Shown piece after piece: positions 10,696 to 24,671 of a DNA stretch of 64,000 bases. Below the pieces are notes generated by a model that was given only the letters and a program-made list of their open reading frames with translations, was not told the origin of the DNA and ran no database searches. The translations under genes were made by a program, and so were the position numbers. Position 1 is the stretch's first letter, and each line of letters begins with the position of its first letter. Where the stretch lies: assembly GCA_038087875.1 (NCBI GenBank), contig CM075991.1, positions 4,588,001 to 4,652,000 of the forward strand, given 5' to 3'. This DNA is from Malacoraja senta. Its lineage: Eukaryota.

Positions 10696-13600
10696 TCAAT
10701 GTAAAATCATGCTTCTGTCTACCGGGTAACTATGTTCATGGTGCTGTTGACTCTTTGGCTAATCACGACTGTGCTGGCTATTTGTTGCAATAAAGCGACA
10801 CTCATTCACTTGTTCAGCTTCCCCGATATGAAATTGAGTTCAATTTAGTTTAGATTTGAGACACAGGCCGTTCAGCCCATCGAGTCCACACTGACCAAAC
10901 ACGACATAACCTACACATTAGGGACAATTTATAGAGGCCAATCATCCTACAAACCTGCACGTCTTCGGGATGTGGGAGGAAACTGGAGCACCCAGAGAAA
11001 ACCCACAAGGTTACGGGAAGAATGTACAAACTCGGTATAGACATCACCCATAGTCAGGATTGAACCCAGGTCTCTGGTATCGTAAATCAGCAGCTCCACC
11101 GCTGCGCCACCCCATTTCAGAAAAATGAGTAAATGTTTTGGCCCCAAAATCAGAAGCGTCCATGTCGCGGGGCTGGAAACTGGAAGTATCCTGAGCTAAT
11201 TCTGCTACCACCATCATCTATTGCAACAAGTGATGGCTCCCACTGATTGTCGCCGGAAGCTTGCGTCCTTTTCAGGACGGACGATGACAGCGATGTCAAC
11301 ATTTGAAACATGGGAGATCGACACAAGAGAAGATGTCAACGTTGATCCCTGAGATAAGGATAAACCTTTTTCAATCAGAGGGTGATGAATCTCTGGAGTT
11401 CTCAATCCAAGAGACAATATGAGCTGAGCTGTAGTGTTTATTCAAAATTACGCTGGTCGATTTTGGACATTGAATGAATCAATAGCCATCAGAGATGGTG
11501 CTGAAATGGGCAATGATCAAGTTGAAGTTTTTAAAATCAATGGTGGAGTAGAGTTGCAGTGTGGTGTTCGCTTATCCTGATCCGTTTTTTTTTCTTATGT
11601 GTTGATCTTCATCGTGTCTAAAATGCTGAAATATCCTAAGTTTGTGGAGGGACAGGAAGCACAATATTGGAAAAGCACCAATTAAGATATCTCACAAATG
11701 AAGTCTGTTCACAGCCGAGGAAGAGCTCACAACCACTCTTTCACAAAGCACGGGAGGTCTTTTATTTTTGCTGAACTATACATAGATTTTCTGTGTGCAT
11801 CTATTACATGCTGGTCCTTGGGAACACTGCATCAACAGTCTCACATGGGAGATGATAGCGTTTTGTGAATATCACCACACACAGCAGAGACATTAGCATT
11901 GTTCACAAACTGGAGAGAACATTTCACTTCGTTCTTAAAAACGATATTTCAAACACTATAATAAATCTAACTATAGAAATTTCAGTCTTAGAGACAAAAA
12001 TAATCCTGGGTATAATCTGACATTTATAAATGGCTTAAGCATTAATCATGAGTTAACGACATTTCAATCCTTCAATTATTTCACATTAGTGTAAGAATAT
12101 GTTGGTTGAGTCGCACACCATGAAAACATGCCCTTCGGCCCAACTTGGCCATGCCGACCAAGATGTCTCATCTACAGTAGTCCCATCTAGCCATTTAGAA
12201 CAGAGACGAGGAAACACTTTTTCTCACAAAGAGTGGTGAGTCTGTGGAATTCTCTGCGTCAGAGGGCGGTGGAGGCGGGTTATCTGGATGCTTTCAAGAG
12301 ATAGCTAGATAGGGCTCTTAAAAATAGCGGAGTCAGGGGATATGGGGAGAAGGCAGGAACGCGGTACTGATTGGGGATGATCAGCCATGATCACATTGAA
12401 TGGTGGTGCAGGCTCGAAGGGCCGAATGGCCTACTCCTGCACCTATTGTCTATTGTCTAATATCTACAGTAGTCCCACCTACCCACGTTTGGCCCTTATT
12501 CCCTCTAAATCTCTCCCATCCATGCACCTGTCCAAATGTCTTTTAAATGTTGTGATACTATCTGCCTCAACGACCTCCTCTGGCAGATCATTCCATATAC
12601 CTACCACCCTCTTTGTGAAAGAGTTGTCCCTCAGATTCCTATTAAATCTTTCCTCTCTCAGCTTAAACCAATGACCGCTGGTTCTTGCTTCCCCTACACT
12701 GGATAAAAATTGTCTTCCCTATCTGTTTCCCTTATGATCTTACACACCTCTAGAAGGTCATCCTTCACTCTTCTCCGCTCAGATACAATTTTCTTTCCTC
12801 TTATTTTCGCTTGCTGAGCAGATGGTTGATTCTGTTTGGTTTAATGGCTATAAAATGGCGCGATCATTCCAATCAGCAAAAGCTTTGCTCACCATTGTAC
12901 AAGTTACCCCAGCGGACCAGCCGAGAAGTCCACCCAGTTCCTCATCTGAACCCTTCATGCCTGCACCCTTTTAGCAGATGGCTGAAGGTCAGAAGCAGGA
13001 GAACCCCAAATAAACATGGAAACATAGAAAATAGGTGCAGGTCGGCCATTCGGCCCTTTGATCCAGCACCGCCATTCAATATGATCATGGCTGATCACCC
13101 TAAATCACTACCCTGTTCCTGCTTTCTCCCCATATCCCTTGACTCCGTTTGCCCTAAGAGCTATATCTAATTTGCCCACTGCTGAATGCCAGAGCGTTCA
13201 GGCGAACTGTTGCTAATCCATCATTAAAAAAAGTGTAAGGAACATCCTATCAACAACTAGAGAGCAATCCTGAGCTACTATCTACCTCATTGGAGACGCT
13301 CGGACTATCGTTCATTGGACTTCACCTTGCACAAAACGGTAGTCACGTTAGTCCCTTTATCATGTATCTGTACACTGTGGATGGCTCGATTGTAATCATG
13401 TATTATCTTTCCACTGGCTGGTTAGCACACAACATACACTTTTCACTGTAACTTGGTACACAGGACACTAAAATAACTCAACTCAAGGGACCTTTTGTGG
13501 TTTCCCAGACTTGGCTCGTGAATTGGCTGAACTCACCAAACCATGCAGGAAACTCTTACCCATTGGTTTTGGATACTTGAGACACATCAGGCCCAGATCA

Positions 13601-14312
13601 TTAATGATGTAATTAGAGGCTAGTTTTAACATTTGGCTTGAGGATTGGTGAAGGCATCAGTGGGCACAGGCTGAATCTCATCCGCAAAAATGTGCAGGTT
13701 TGTTGGTAAATTGACTTCTGTAAATTATGAGGGCTTTGAGGACATAAAACCTAAAAAGAAAGGGTCACGAATAGCCCCAGGGCTGTTCTGTAAATTGCCA
13801 GATGCGAAAGTGGGATTACCCTGAAATACAGTGTCGATGGTCGGCATGGACTCGGTCGGCCAAAAGGCCTGCTTCCACGTTGTAAACTAAAATACATAAT
13901 GCTGGAGTAACTCGGCGGGTCAGGCAGCATCTGTGGAGGTAATGGATGGGCAATGTTTCGGGTCAGACTGGTTGAATCTCTTTGTTACTTCCATGGATTT
14001 AGGCTTTTGTGTCAGAAAATTGTGATTTCAATTTCCAAGGACTTCCACTTTGAATCCATGCTGATAATCTGGTGTGGTTCAATGGGAGATGAACAGCCAA
14101 AGGAATGCGGTGGGTGGCACACTGGCGCAGCGGTAGAGTCGCTGCCTTACAGCGGCAGGGACCCGGGTTCGATCCCGACCTCGGCTGCTGTCTGTATGGA
14201 GTTTGTACGTTCTCCCTGTGAGCGTGTGGGTTTTCTCCAGGTGCTCTGGTTTCCTCCCACACTCAAAAGACGTGCAAGTTTGTAGGTTAATTGGCTTCGT
14301 TAAAATTGTAAA

Positions 14313-14808
14313 ACATTACACCTAGAAGAGATAAGACTCCTCCTGGCAGGTAAACCAGATCACTTCCACCTGACGAGGTCTGCATTTATAGAATTATTAC
14401 AAATATAGGGTGCAAAGGTACCTTTAAAAAATTGAGGTCAGGTAATGGGGGATGATAGTTGAAGAGTTGGTATGTCCCATTTGCGTAATGCTCATAAAAA
14501 CTATTTGCTTCTCTCTTTTTCCTCTTTCTCTTTCTCCTTCTTTTCTAGGGTCTATTTCTTAACTCTTTTTCTTTTGTTTTTAATTTTGTTCTTATAGGGT
14601 CTTCGTTCTTTCTTGTTGTCACATTTTCTACACTCTCACTTTTTCCTTCACTTTCTTCTTTCTTTCAATCTTATCCTTTCCTTTTACTAGTGTAAAAAAC
14701 AAATGGAGTACATTAATTGTAAGAAGACATAAGTGACGAGTACTAATGTATGTGGTTGTAATGTAATGTACTTCTAATAAATAAAAAATTAAAAAAAATA
14801 AAATTTAA
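14313..14808 (+). mobile_element. 5'-truncated L1-type LINE 3' end inserted in a SINE
   Basis: LHLEEIRLLLAGKPDHF..AFIELL resembles a fish L1 ORF2 C-terminus; pyrimidine-rich 3'UTR, AATAAA, A-rich tail; AAAATTGTAAA duplicated 14302-14312 / 14809-14819. Confidence 0.75.
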
Positions 14809-15565
14809 AAAATTGTAAATTGTCCCTAGTGTGTAGGATAGTGCCAGTGTACGGGGTGATTGCTTGATGGGCTAAAGGGCCTGTTTCCGCACTGTATCTC
14901 TGAAGTCTAAAGTCAAAATTGCTAAACTGTGACCTCATATTCTACTAGGCATTGATGTGAGCACTCTCTCATTTCTGATGGTAGGCACTTGCTGTGTGCA
15001 GTTTGCCGCTGTGCTCACCACAATGGAATAGTCAGTATACTTCAAACTACTTTAGTAACGGCACTATAAAGTACAGAAGGGCCTGAGGCGATGAAAAGCG
15101 CTCTGTAAATACAAGAATTTATTTCTCAATTACAGGGGAATCAGCGTGCAATCCTCAGTTGTCTATTTTTGCTCTCTGTCTGTCTATTCCTGTACATGTG
15201 GTGTGAGAAGCACCTAACAGTGAAGGGCATGTATCTTTGATTGCCTAGAAAAGGGAGAAAATCACTAAAAGGCAGAATAAATATGTGTATTCCCACCAGG
15301 ATTCTGTCGACACAAATTCCTGAAATGTAATCAGTCTATCTTTGCAGTCACCTCTTTTTAATGTCACTGAACATAATTCCAAAGGCTAAAATAGGTCTGA
15401 TCTATTAATAGGCTTACTCAGGGCCTGGGAAACTGGAGTGCTGTTGAATTTATTTTGCGCACCATACATTTGAGATCTCATTTCAGTTTCATTAGATGCC
15501 GGCACAAAAGGGCTTTCAGTTCTTATGTTACACGGCATCAATGATATTACAACAGGCATCGCAAG

Positions 15566-15733
15566 ACTTTGCCTTCCATCACAGTGAGGAGGAGATTCAC
15601 TGTGATGGATGTTTGTGTAAATTGTGTTGTGACTTGGTTCTTTTCTTGTTGTATGACTGCAGAAACCAAATTTCGTTTGAACTTCATTTGAGGTCCAAAT
15701 GATAATAAACGGTATTGTATTGTATTGTATTGT
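15566..15733 (+). mobile_element. Rex1-like 3' end with (ATTGT)n tail
   Basis: CAAATTTCGTT..ATAATAAAC followed by (TATTG)4; internal hairpin TCCATCACAGTGA/TCACTGTGATGGA. Confidence 0.6.
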
Positions 15734-17296
15734 AAGGAACAACAAGCTGGTACGGAAAAAAAAAAACCCCAACGAAAATGCAGGAGACCCTCATCGGGTC
15801 TGGAAACATCAGTGGAGAGAGAAACAAAGTTGCCTCTTCAGGACAAGGCTATTCATTTGAGTAGGTTTTGTTTATACATGTGACGATTTCAACGGTCTGT
15901 GACTTTACACTAATAATTCCTCCCAAGAACTAAAATCTACATCTGAGCTCGTCAATTTGGATGAAATCACCAAACAGCAGCATTGATTTCCAAAGGGAGG
16001 GGTGAAAAATTAAATCCCCCAAAAATCAACAATGATCCAAAATGTTGGTGTGGCCTGTAATGATCACGTTCCTTTCTGAATGTTCTGAGTTCATAGAAAC
16101 ATAGAAACATAGAAACATAGAAAGTAGGTGCGAGAGTAGACCACCAGGCCCATCGAGCCCGCACCGCCATTCGCTCATGGCTGAACACTAAACAGACACC
16201 CTTACCCACAAACAGTAGACACAAGACACAGAACACAAGACACTCCCCTCCCCTTTATATCGCTATCACCCCTCTCCACCCCAAGAACCGCGTGATCTCC
16301 TGGGGGAGGCAAAAAAACTGATAAAAACCCAGGTCCAATTCGGGAAAAAAATCCGGGAAATTCCTCTCCGACCCCAATCCAGGCGATCGACACTTGTCCA
16401 GGAGATCACTCAGGTCTTACTATACTAACCATACCTAGGTCCATATCCCTGCCCTCTCCCCGTAGCCCCTTATCCCCTTGGCAGCTAAAAAACCATCTAT
16501 TTTAGATTTAAATATATTTAATGTTTCTGCTTCCACTGCTCCCTGGGGCAGCGAATTCCATAAATTAACCACCCTCTGGGTGAAGAAGTTCTTCCTCATC
16601 TCAGTTTTAAAAGAGCCCCCTCTTATTCTACAACTATGTCCCCTAGTTCAAGTACCAATCCAGCGGACCTGAGTATATAACTTTAGGCACAAAGTGCTGG
16701 CGTAACTCAGCGGGCAGGCAGCATAACCATATATAACCATATAATCATTACAACACGGAAACAGGCCATCTCGGCCCTTCAAGTCCGTGCCGAACATTTT
16801 TTTTTCTTTTTTTTTCTCTGGAGAAAATGGATGGGTGATGTTTTGGGTCGGGACCCTTCTTCAGTCTGAAGTCACTATGTGCCTATCTTTGGTATAAACC
16901 AGCATCTGCAGTGGCGGACTGGCCAGGGTGTCAGCTTGCCCGATGGCAAGTGGGCCCCTGATGAAGTGGGCCCCCTATATCAAGTGGGCCCCTGATGAAG
17001 TGGGCCTCCTTTGACTCCAAATGAGATTCAGTCCATGTGGACAGTCTATTCAGGAGGCCTACAACACAAGAATTTATATTACCTAACTGGAACTGGAACT
17101 AGATTAAACGCCAATAGCAGCTCTTTTCACATATAGCCTCCCACTTCTGGATATAGTCAGTAAATGCCATGAATATGGATTCCTGTTAACCTTCAAAAAC
17201 TTGTCGATTCAAGAGTGTGTCCATGTCTACTCAACAGTAACTCGATGTAAACTACGGATTATGGTCTCCACTCACCAGAGATTAAACAGTCTGATT

Positions 17297-17671
17297 TTGA
17301 AACATATAAGATTGTTAAGGGCTTGGACAAACCAGAGGCAGGAAACATGTTCCTGATGTTGGGGGAGTCCAGAACCAGGGGCCACAGTTTAAGAATAAGG
17401 ATTAAGCCATTTAGAACGGAGACGAGGAAACACGTTTTCTCACAGAGAGTGGTGAGTCTGTGGAATTCTCTGCCTCAGAGGGCGGTGGAGGCCGGTTCTC
17501 TGGATGCTTTCAAGAGAGAGCTAGATAGGGCTCTTAAAAATAGCAGAGTCAAGGGATATGGGGAGAAGGCAGGAACGGGGTACTGATTGTGGATGATCAT
17601 CCATGATCACATTGAATGGCGGTGCTGGCTCGAAGGGCCGAATGGCCTACTCCTGCACCTATTGTCTATTG
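17297..17671 (+). mobile_element. CR1-type LINE 3' end
   Basis: ETYKIVKGLD..SRTRGHSLRI..FSQRVVSLWNSLP..FKRELD; 3'UTR ending CTATTGT repeats. Related pieces at about 12193, 31134, 31891, 40142/45066 and 55200. Confidence 0.85.
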
Positions 17672-17920
17672 ATTCCCAAGTATTCAGAACTATTTTTGGT
17701 AGCTTTTATTCTGAAGAAAATAAAAATGCCTTTCCTTATTTCTCATTGGTGATTGATTTATCACCTGTTTGATACTCTTTGATGGATAGATTTTTATATA
17801 TTTAGTTTAGTTTATAGATACAGCGTGGAAACAGGCCCTTTGGCCCACAGAGCCCATGCCAACTATCAATCACACATACACTAGCCCTATCCTGCACACG
17901 AAAGACAATTTGCAGAAGCG

Positions 17921-18157
17921 AGGTAATCGAGGGTAGTCGAAGGTAGTCGAGGGTAGTCTTCATCACAGTCGAAGGGAGGTCGAAGGGAGATCGAAGGAGG
18001 TCGTCTTCACTCTCCACTATTCAGTGTCCAATTTTCCCGAAGTTAGTCGTAGCTAGTCGAAGCTGGTCTTCAACATAGTCGAAGGAGGTCTTCAACATAT
18101 CATTTTTTCAAACTCTTCTAAACTTGCCAATTAGGTCGCCCAAGTGGGACAGCCCCT
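17921..18157. mobile_element. Truncated Harbinger MITE family B (one end only)
   Basis: Reverse complement of roughly 8788-9040; ends GTGGGACAGCCCCT+TTA; other end fused to a SINE fragment. Confidence 0.8.
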
Positions 18158-21100
18158 TTACTCTTCCAATGGCAACAATTGGAAAATGCATGCTGGAATT
18201 TTACCAGCATGGGAGCCCAGACCACAAATGGAACAATGTAGCTATAACCTAAACCTTTCCTCAAACAAAATTATTCTTGCTTTAAATTAAATTGGAAGCT
18301 TGTCACATTTTCATTTTATTGCTTCGGGAGAATAAAACTGAAATTCTAATAACCTTCCTCCCAAATGGGCTGAGATCAGCCAATTCAGAACAGATGTAAT
18401 TTGTTATAAAAAATACAGGGGTAATTATTTATCTTGGCCAATATAATTAAATGGATGGCACCTTATACCAATACTCTGTTCGAATGATTGCACTAGATCT
18501 TAATATCAAGACGCCATTTTAGTAGAACACAAAATGCTGGAGTAACTCAGCAGGTCAGACAGCATCTCTGGAGAAAAGGAATAGGTGACATTTTGGGTCG
18601 AGACTCTTCTTTAGCTATTTTAGTAGACTCCCCGTGGATGCTGTTGTCACCCAAAGTTAAACTGTTCCTCTTCAGATACCTCTTTACTTGCAGCCAGAGT
18701 TGTTTCTTTTTAAAAGATAATATCTTATGTTTGAATGATTTAACCACAAATCCCATTAATAAACCTTGAACCTCCTAATCTGAAAGCTGTGGTGCAAGGT
18801 TTGTACTAGGGGCAGCCCGGTGGTGCAGCGGTAGAGTTGCTGCCTTACAGCACCAGTGACCCATGTCCAATCCTTGCCACTGGTTCTGTCCATCACAAAG
18901 TTTGTACGTTCTCCATGACCTGCGTGGGTTTTCTCCGGGCGCTCCGGATTCCTCCCACACTCCAAAGGCGTACAGGGTGAGTTAATTGGCTTCGGTAAAA
19001 TTGTAAATTGTCCCCAGTGTGTGTAGGACAGTGTCAATGTGCACGGATCACTGGTCGGTGCAGACTCGGTGGGCCGAGGGGCCTGTTTTCACGCTGCTTC
19101 ACTAAACGTAACTAAACTTTATTAATACTACCCTTATCACTGGTATTCTGTACATGCATTGCTGATCCAACGATTGCCTCAGTTACAGTGTAAATTGGGT
19201 GGGGTGGCGTTAACATCAAAAATAGAGTTGCCATCTTGTGATAAAACACAGAAATTAACGTGTGCATGTTATATCGTTTTCCAAGTTATACATAGTAGGA
19301 GCTAAAATAAAAAAGTATTCTCTTAGCAAAAGAGTAATTGGTGGCATGCAAAAAAACAACTTTCATTTGTGAAGCAACTTTCTCAAGTTCTTGGATAATT
19401 CAAGAGCTGGCCGGTAGTCTATTGAAATTGCCTGGGCCTCATGCTGCCAAAGTCCCAGAGCTATGGGTGATGGCGGTGGGGTTGGCAACTGAAACCTTCT
19501 CCAATCCCATTCTTCTCCATCTCCATTCCCACTCTTAACTAAAGTGAAAACTTCTTTCTTTTCACTTTAGTTAAGATCTGATCTAGGCAGCTCCAATCTT
19601 CGCTTGCAGAGGCCCAGCACGTGGACCGCACTCGGCCTACAGCAGTAGAGCAGCGGGGGAGAACCCAAATGGCTACGCTTAGCCTGGCCAACCCCACAAC
19701 GTTGCCAGGACAACAGGCCTTCATGGGCAGGGCAAGAACCCTGCACAAAACAACTGGGACTTGAAAATGGTGCCTAACTGGCGACTCTGTATACTGTCTC
19801 AATGTACGACTGCTATACACTTGTACTGTGTCTGGGATTATCTATGATGTACCTAAATGCCTACATTGGTACTTGTACTGATCTGTATACAAAAAGAATT
19901 TCACTGTACCTCAGTACATGTGGCAAATAAAGTACCATTGAACCAAGGCCTATACCTCTAAAACAGATGATCTGGTTATTAATGATATTGGTCTTCAGTG
20001 CTCAAATTGGCTGCAACTCCTCCAACGACATTGGTGATGGATCAAGATAGATATATAAACTTGTTATATATATAACATTCAGAACAAAGTGCAACAGAAA
20101 ATCCGGAAAATACTCAGCTGGTCGATTAGCTTTGGTGGAGAGAGAGTGTCTGGGAAAAATTTTCTGCACTTTTGTCAGGTCTGAAAAATAGGTCACGTAG
20201 TCAGTTTGACACCATTTTCAGAGCTGCACGGTGGCGCAGGGGTACAGTTGCTGCCTTACAGCGCTTATAACGGCAGAGACCCGGGTTTGATCCTGACTAC
20301 AGGTGCTCCAACACTCCAAAGACATACAGGTTTGTAGGTTAATTAGCTTAGTATAAATGCAAATTGTCCCTAGAGTGTGTAGGATAGTGTTAATGTGCTG
20401 GGATCACTGGCCAGTGCAGACTCGGTGGGCCGAAGGGCCTGTTTCCACGCAGTATCTATAAAACAAAAAAACGAAAAAAATAGTAATGGCAACAGGAGCA
20501 AGAATCATTGCAACTGTTGGAACTCTAAGCCTGTTAAGTATTTAATTACAAAACAAAGTACTCTTCCTTTGGTTTGATTGAGCTGAAATAGAGAGGCAAG
20601 CAAGACATTAAGAAGGGAGTAAAATGGGAAACAGGGAAGGCTGCCCACCACACAAATTGACCTGCCATTCTTTTTTTAAAGAACAGGAGTATACTCTATT
20701 TCCTTCAATAGAACGCAAATAAATAATTGGTAATATCTCAGGCACTGAAATTGGTCATTATTTTTAAATGTTAAGTTCAATCAATCAAATTGAATGGTTT
20801 GTGAATTGAATTAAAGGTGATTCAATTCTGATGCAGAAGATACAGAAATATATGGGACTGTCTGAATTGACCAAGGGATACTTTCCTGACTATCACAGGA
20901 TGTATATTTAAATGCTTCTTGGTGTGACTGATGCCAGCATTGCTTCTGAGCACATGGCCAGTGGACTGAATAATGCCATTGCAAAATAAAACAAAAATAT
21001 AATCTACGAAGCTCAAAATACTAACTAACTGCAGAACAGTTTGTTCATGCAAATCTCTCCGAGCTTTGAACCATTGATATAACAAGCCAAAGTAATTCTC

Positions 21101-21939
21101 ATAGAACTAATTAATGTTTACTGAATGGTAGCAGAGTGAAGTCTATTGCAACCTAACGTGTGCAGTGTAGAGATAAAACTCTGGGGACAGCTGGCCTCAG
21201 GGACAGGTGTCAGTCTCTTTACTTTGCAAACCAAATCCCAGCAAATCCAAAAGAGTGGATAGACACAAAGTGCTGGAGTAACTCAGCGGGTCAGGCAGAA
21301 CCTCTGGGGAAAAAGGATGGGTGACACTTTGGGTCTGAAGAAGGGTTCCGACCCGAAACGTCACCCGTCTTTTTTCTCCAGAGATGCTGCCTGACCCGCT
21401 GAGTTACTCCAGTATTTTGCGCCTATGCATTGTATATCCACTGCTATGCATCTGGCAGACCCTGTACATGCACACGTTACACTTCAAATACCAACAATTT
21501 TGGTTTCACTTGTACCGACTCTATTTCTTACTCTATTTTCTTTTCAAGTCAATCACAATCACAAAGAGAGAGTTTGGGCAGGCTAGTACTTTGTTCTCCC
21601 AGTATGAATAAGGGATCCAGCCCAAAACATCACCTGGTCTTTTTCTCTAGAGATGCTGCCTGACCTGCCGAGTTACTCCAGCACTTTGTGTCTATTCTAG
21701 GTATACACCAGCATTTGTAGATCCTTCCTACACAACAAGATCCCAAACAGTAAATAGCTTGACTTGAAACACAATGCAGTGAAGATTACACAAGAGAATA
21801 GAGGTCTATTTAATCTCATCTCATTTGACACATTCACCACCTCAGGAATCAGTCTGGTGAATCTACAGTGCCTGTTGTCTACCAAAGTATATTAAAGACT
21901 CCAAAATTGTACACTATAATTTAGCTGTGGTCTCACCAA

Positions 21940-22452
21940 ATAGAAACATAGAAAATAGGTGCAGGAGGAGGCCATTCAGCCCTTCGAGCCAGCACCGCCA
22001 TTCATTGCGATCATGGCTGATCGTCCCCAATCAAGAACCTGTGCCTGCCTTCTCCCCATATCCCGATTCCACTAGCCCCTAGAGCTATATCTAACTCTCT
22101 CTTAAATCCATCCAGTGATGTGGCCTCCACTGCCCTCTGTGGCAGGGAATTCCACAAATGCACAACTCTCTGGGTGAAAACGTTTTTCCTCAGTCTTAAA
22201 TGGCCTCCCCTTTATTCTAAGACTGTGGCCCCTGGTTCTGGACTCGCCCAACATTGGGAACATTTTTCCTGCATCTAGCTTGTCCAATCCTTTTATAATT
22301 TTATATGTTTCTATCAGATTCCCCCTCATCCTTCTAAACTCCAGTGAATACAGGCCTAGTCGTTTCAATCTTTCCTCGTTTAACAGACCCGCCATCCCAG
22401 GGATCAATCTCGTGAACCTACACTGCACTGCCTCAATCACAAGGATGTCCTT
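21940..22452 (-). mobile_element. CR1-type LINE 3' end
   Basis: ORF 22102-22500: RFTRLIPGMAGL..LGLYSLEFRRMRGNLIETYKI; tail with CTATGTTT repeats. Confidence 0.85.
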
Positions 22453-24279
22453 CGTCAAACAGAGCAAATTACACAACTCCCAACCCCGTAGCTGCAACAT
22501 CTGGAGTGTTGGGTTAAAATAATGTACGATGTCTGAGCAGCTGAGGGCAACATCTTACGCAACAAGTCCTCAGGCCAAAACTCGCTGCACGACTCAACTA
22601 AATTGGCAGCACACAGCTTCACTTCAAACACATTGAACCAGAAAATCTCAGCAAGAACCTTATGTTGATATCAGTTTCAAGAATGATTGAATATAATGGA
22701 ATGTGGGGTGGCACAGTGGCACAGCGGTAGAGCTGCTGCCTTACAACGCCAGAGACCCAGGTTCAATCCTGACCACGAGTGCTATCTGAAGGAGTTTGTA
22801 TGTTCTCCCTGTGACCACGTGGGTTTTCTCCGGGTGTTCCAGTTTCCTCTCACACTCCAAAGATGTACAGTTTGTAGATTAATTGGCTTTGGTAAAATTG
22901 TAAATTGTTTCCAGTGTGTTGGATAGAACTAGTGTATGGGGTGGTCGATGGCCGGTGCGGTCTCGATGGGCTAAAGGGCCTGTTACCACTTTATCTCCAA
23001 AGTAAAGTAAAAGTAAATGAACGCATATGCACAATATCTGTGGCCTAACCATAACTATAAATCAATATCGAATGCTGCATTAAATTCAAAGGCAGCATTT
23101 GGAAAAATATCGCTCAGAATGGTCCATCTGAAGAACTATGGGTGAAGATTACATCATTTTTATTTTCTGCCAAGTGCTTCAAGTACACATTTTCAAGCAC
23201 AATTATTCTTCCGTGGTATTTTGTGAAATGTTTGATTCATGACAGAGCATCTGATGAGGAAGATGCCAAAGTCTGTAAAGCTATTTTTAGATTTGATGTG
23301 CAGCAGGGTAGCAGAATATCCATAATTCTGTCTGCTATTATGAAGCAGCATGTCAAACGATAGCAATGACACTTCAAAACTTTGATGTAATATCTCCCCA
23401 TTTCAGTGCATAATACCCTTTACTTTGAGACTAACTCGTAGTTTTAAGCTCCATAACTAGAGAACACACCCTCCCAAATCTACCCTGTGGATCCCTCCAA
23501 GAATGTTATATGTTTCAATGAGGTCACCTCTCAATTTCTTTCAATACGAGGGACCCATCATCCCAGGACACAGAATGCAGAAGTAACTCAATGGGTCGGT
23601 CAGCATCACTCGAGAACATGGATAGGTGATGCTTTGGGTTAGGGCCCTTCTTCAACTGATGTGGAAGGTTGGGGTGAAAGGAGGGGGGGGGGGAGCTGGG
23701 AGAGAGCTTGGATCCTAGTTTGCTGCACTCTTAACTGTACTCTATGGCAAGTATATCCTTTTATGTTAAAATAATCTTCAATGCAATGAGCAAATGAGGG
23801 CAACTGTTTATGTAACAGATCTAAGGACTGAAAATCCCAGTGCAGCTAAATGCAGTTGTGGAACATAAGCAATTCACCACAAGGCCAATTCAATAACATT
23901 GTGGCCTCAAACTTGCAGAACCCCCCCCCCCCCCCCCAGCTCTATAGAGACTACAGATCCAAAATAGCTTCTTATACTTTGATCTATCACTGACAGGTCT
24001 ATCACATTCTGGCTACAGAAATCTCAGATTTATTCAGTACGGCCTCGTTAAGCAAAAATCAGCATGAAGCAAAGAAGAAAATGTGATAGACCGGGGATAT
24101 TTTCTTCCCTGCTTTTGTCCCATACTAAGTATTCATCATCTGAAAATAATGGGTTGAAATACAACTTCTGTTTCAATGCAGCTGATTATTAATGACCGCC
24201 TTCTTCGCTATCTCATATGTTGCATAATACGTGGTCGAATTTGACTGGGCTCAGCTCCCTGAACAGCATTGTTCTGATG

Positions 24280-24408
24280 TCTGAAGAAGGGTCTCGAGCC
24301 GAAACTTCACCTATTCCTTCTCTCCAGAGATGATGCCTGTCCTGCTGAGTTATTCCAGCTTTTTGTGTCTATCTTCATTTGAAACCAGCATCTACAGTTC
24401 CTTCCTAC
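24280..24408 (+). mobile_element. Short Penelope-related element with hammerhead-like core (representative monomer)
   Basis: Starts TCTGAAGAAGGGTCTCGAGCCGAAAC; 17-bp TSD ACAGCATTGTTCTGATG at 24263-24279 / 24409-24425. Many related copies are spread across the window. Confidence 0.75.
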
Positions 24409-24671
24409 ACAGCATTGTTCTGATGATCCAGATACCCAGAGGGTGGTGGGTATTGGAACGAGATGCCAGGGAGGTAATTGAGGCAGTACTATCACAGCAT
24501 TTAAAAGACATTTGCACAGATACAAGGATAGGAAAGGTTTAGAGCGGCATAGGCCAAATGTGGGCAGGTGGGGCATCTTGGTCAGCATGGGCAAGTTGAG
24601 TCGAAGGGTCTGTTTCTGTGCTGTATGACTCTATAACTTTATAATTTCTATCCTTTAAAGAGCATCAGTCG

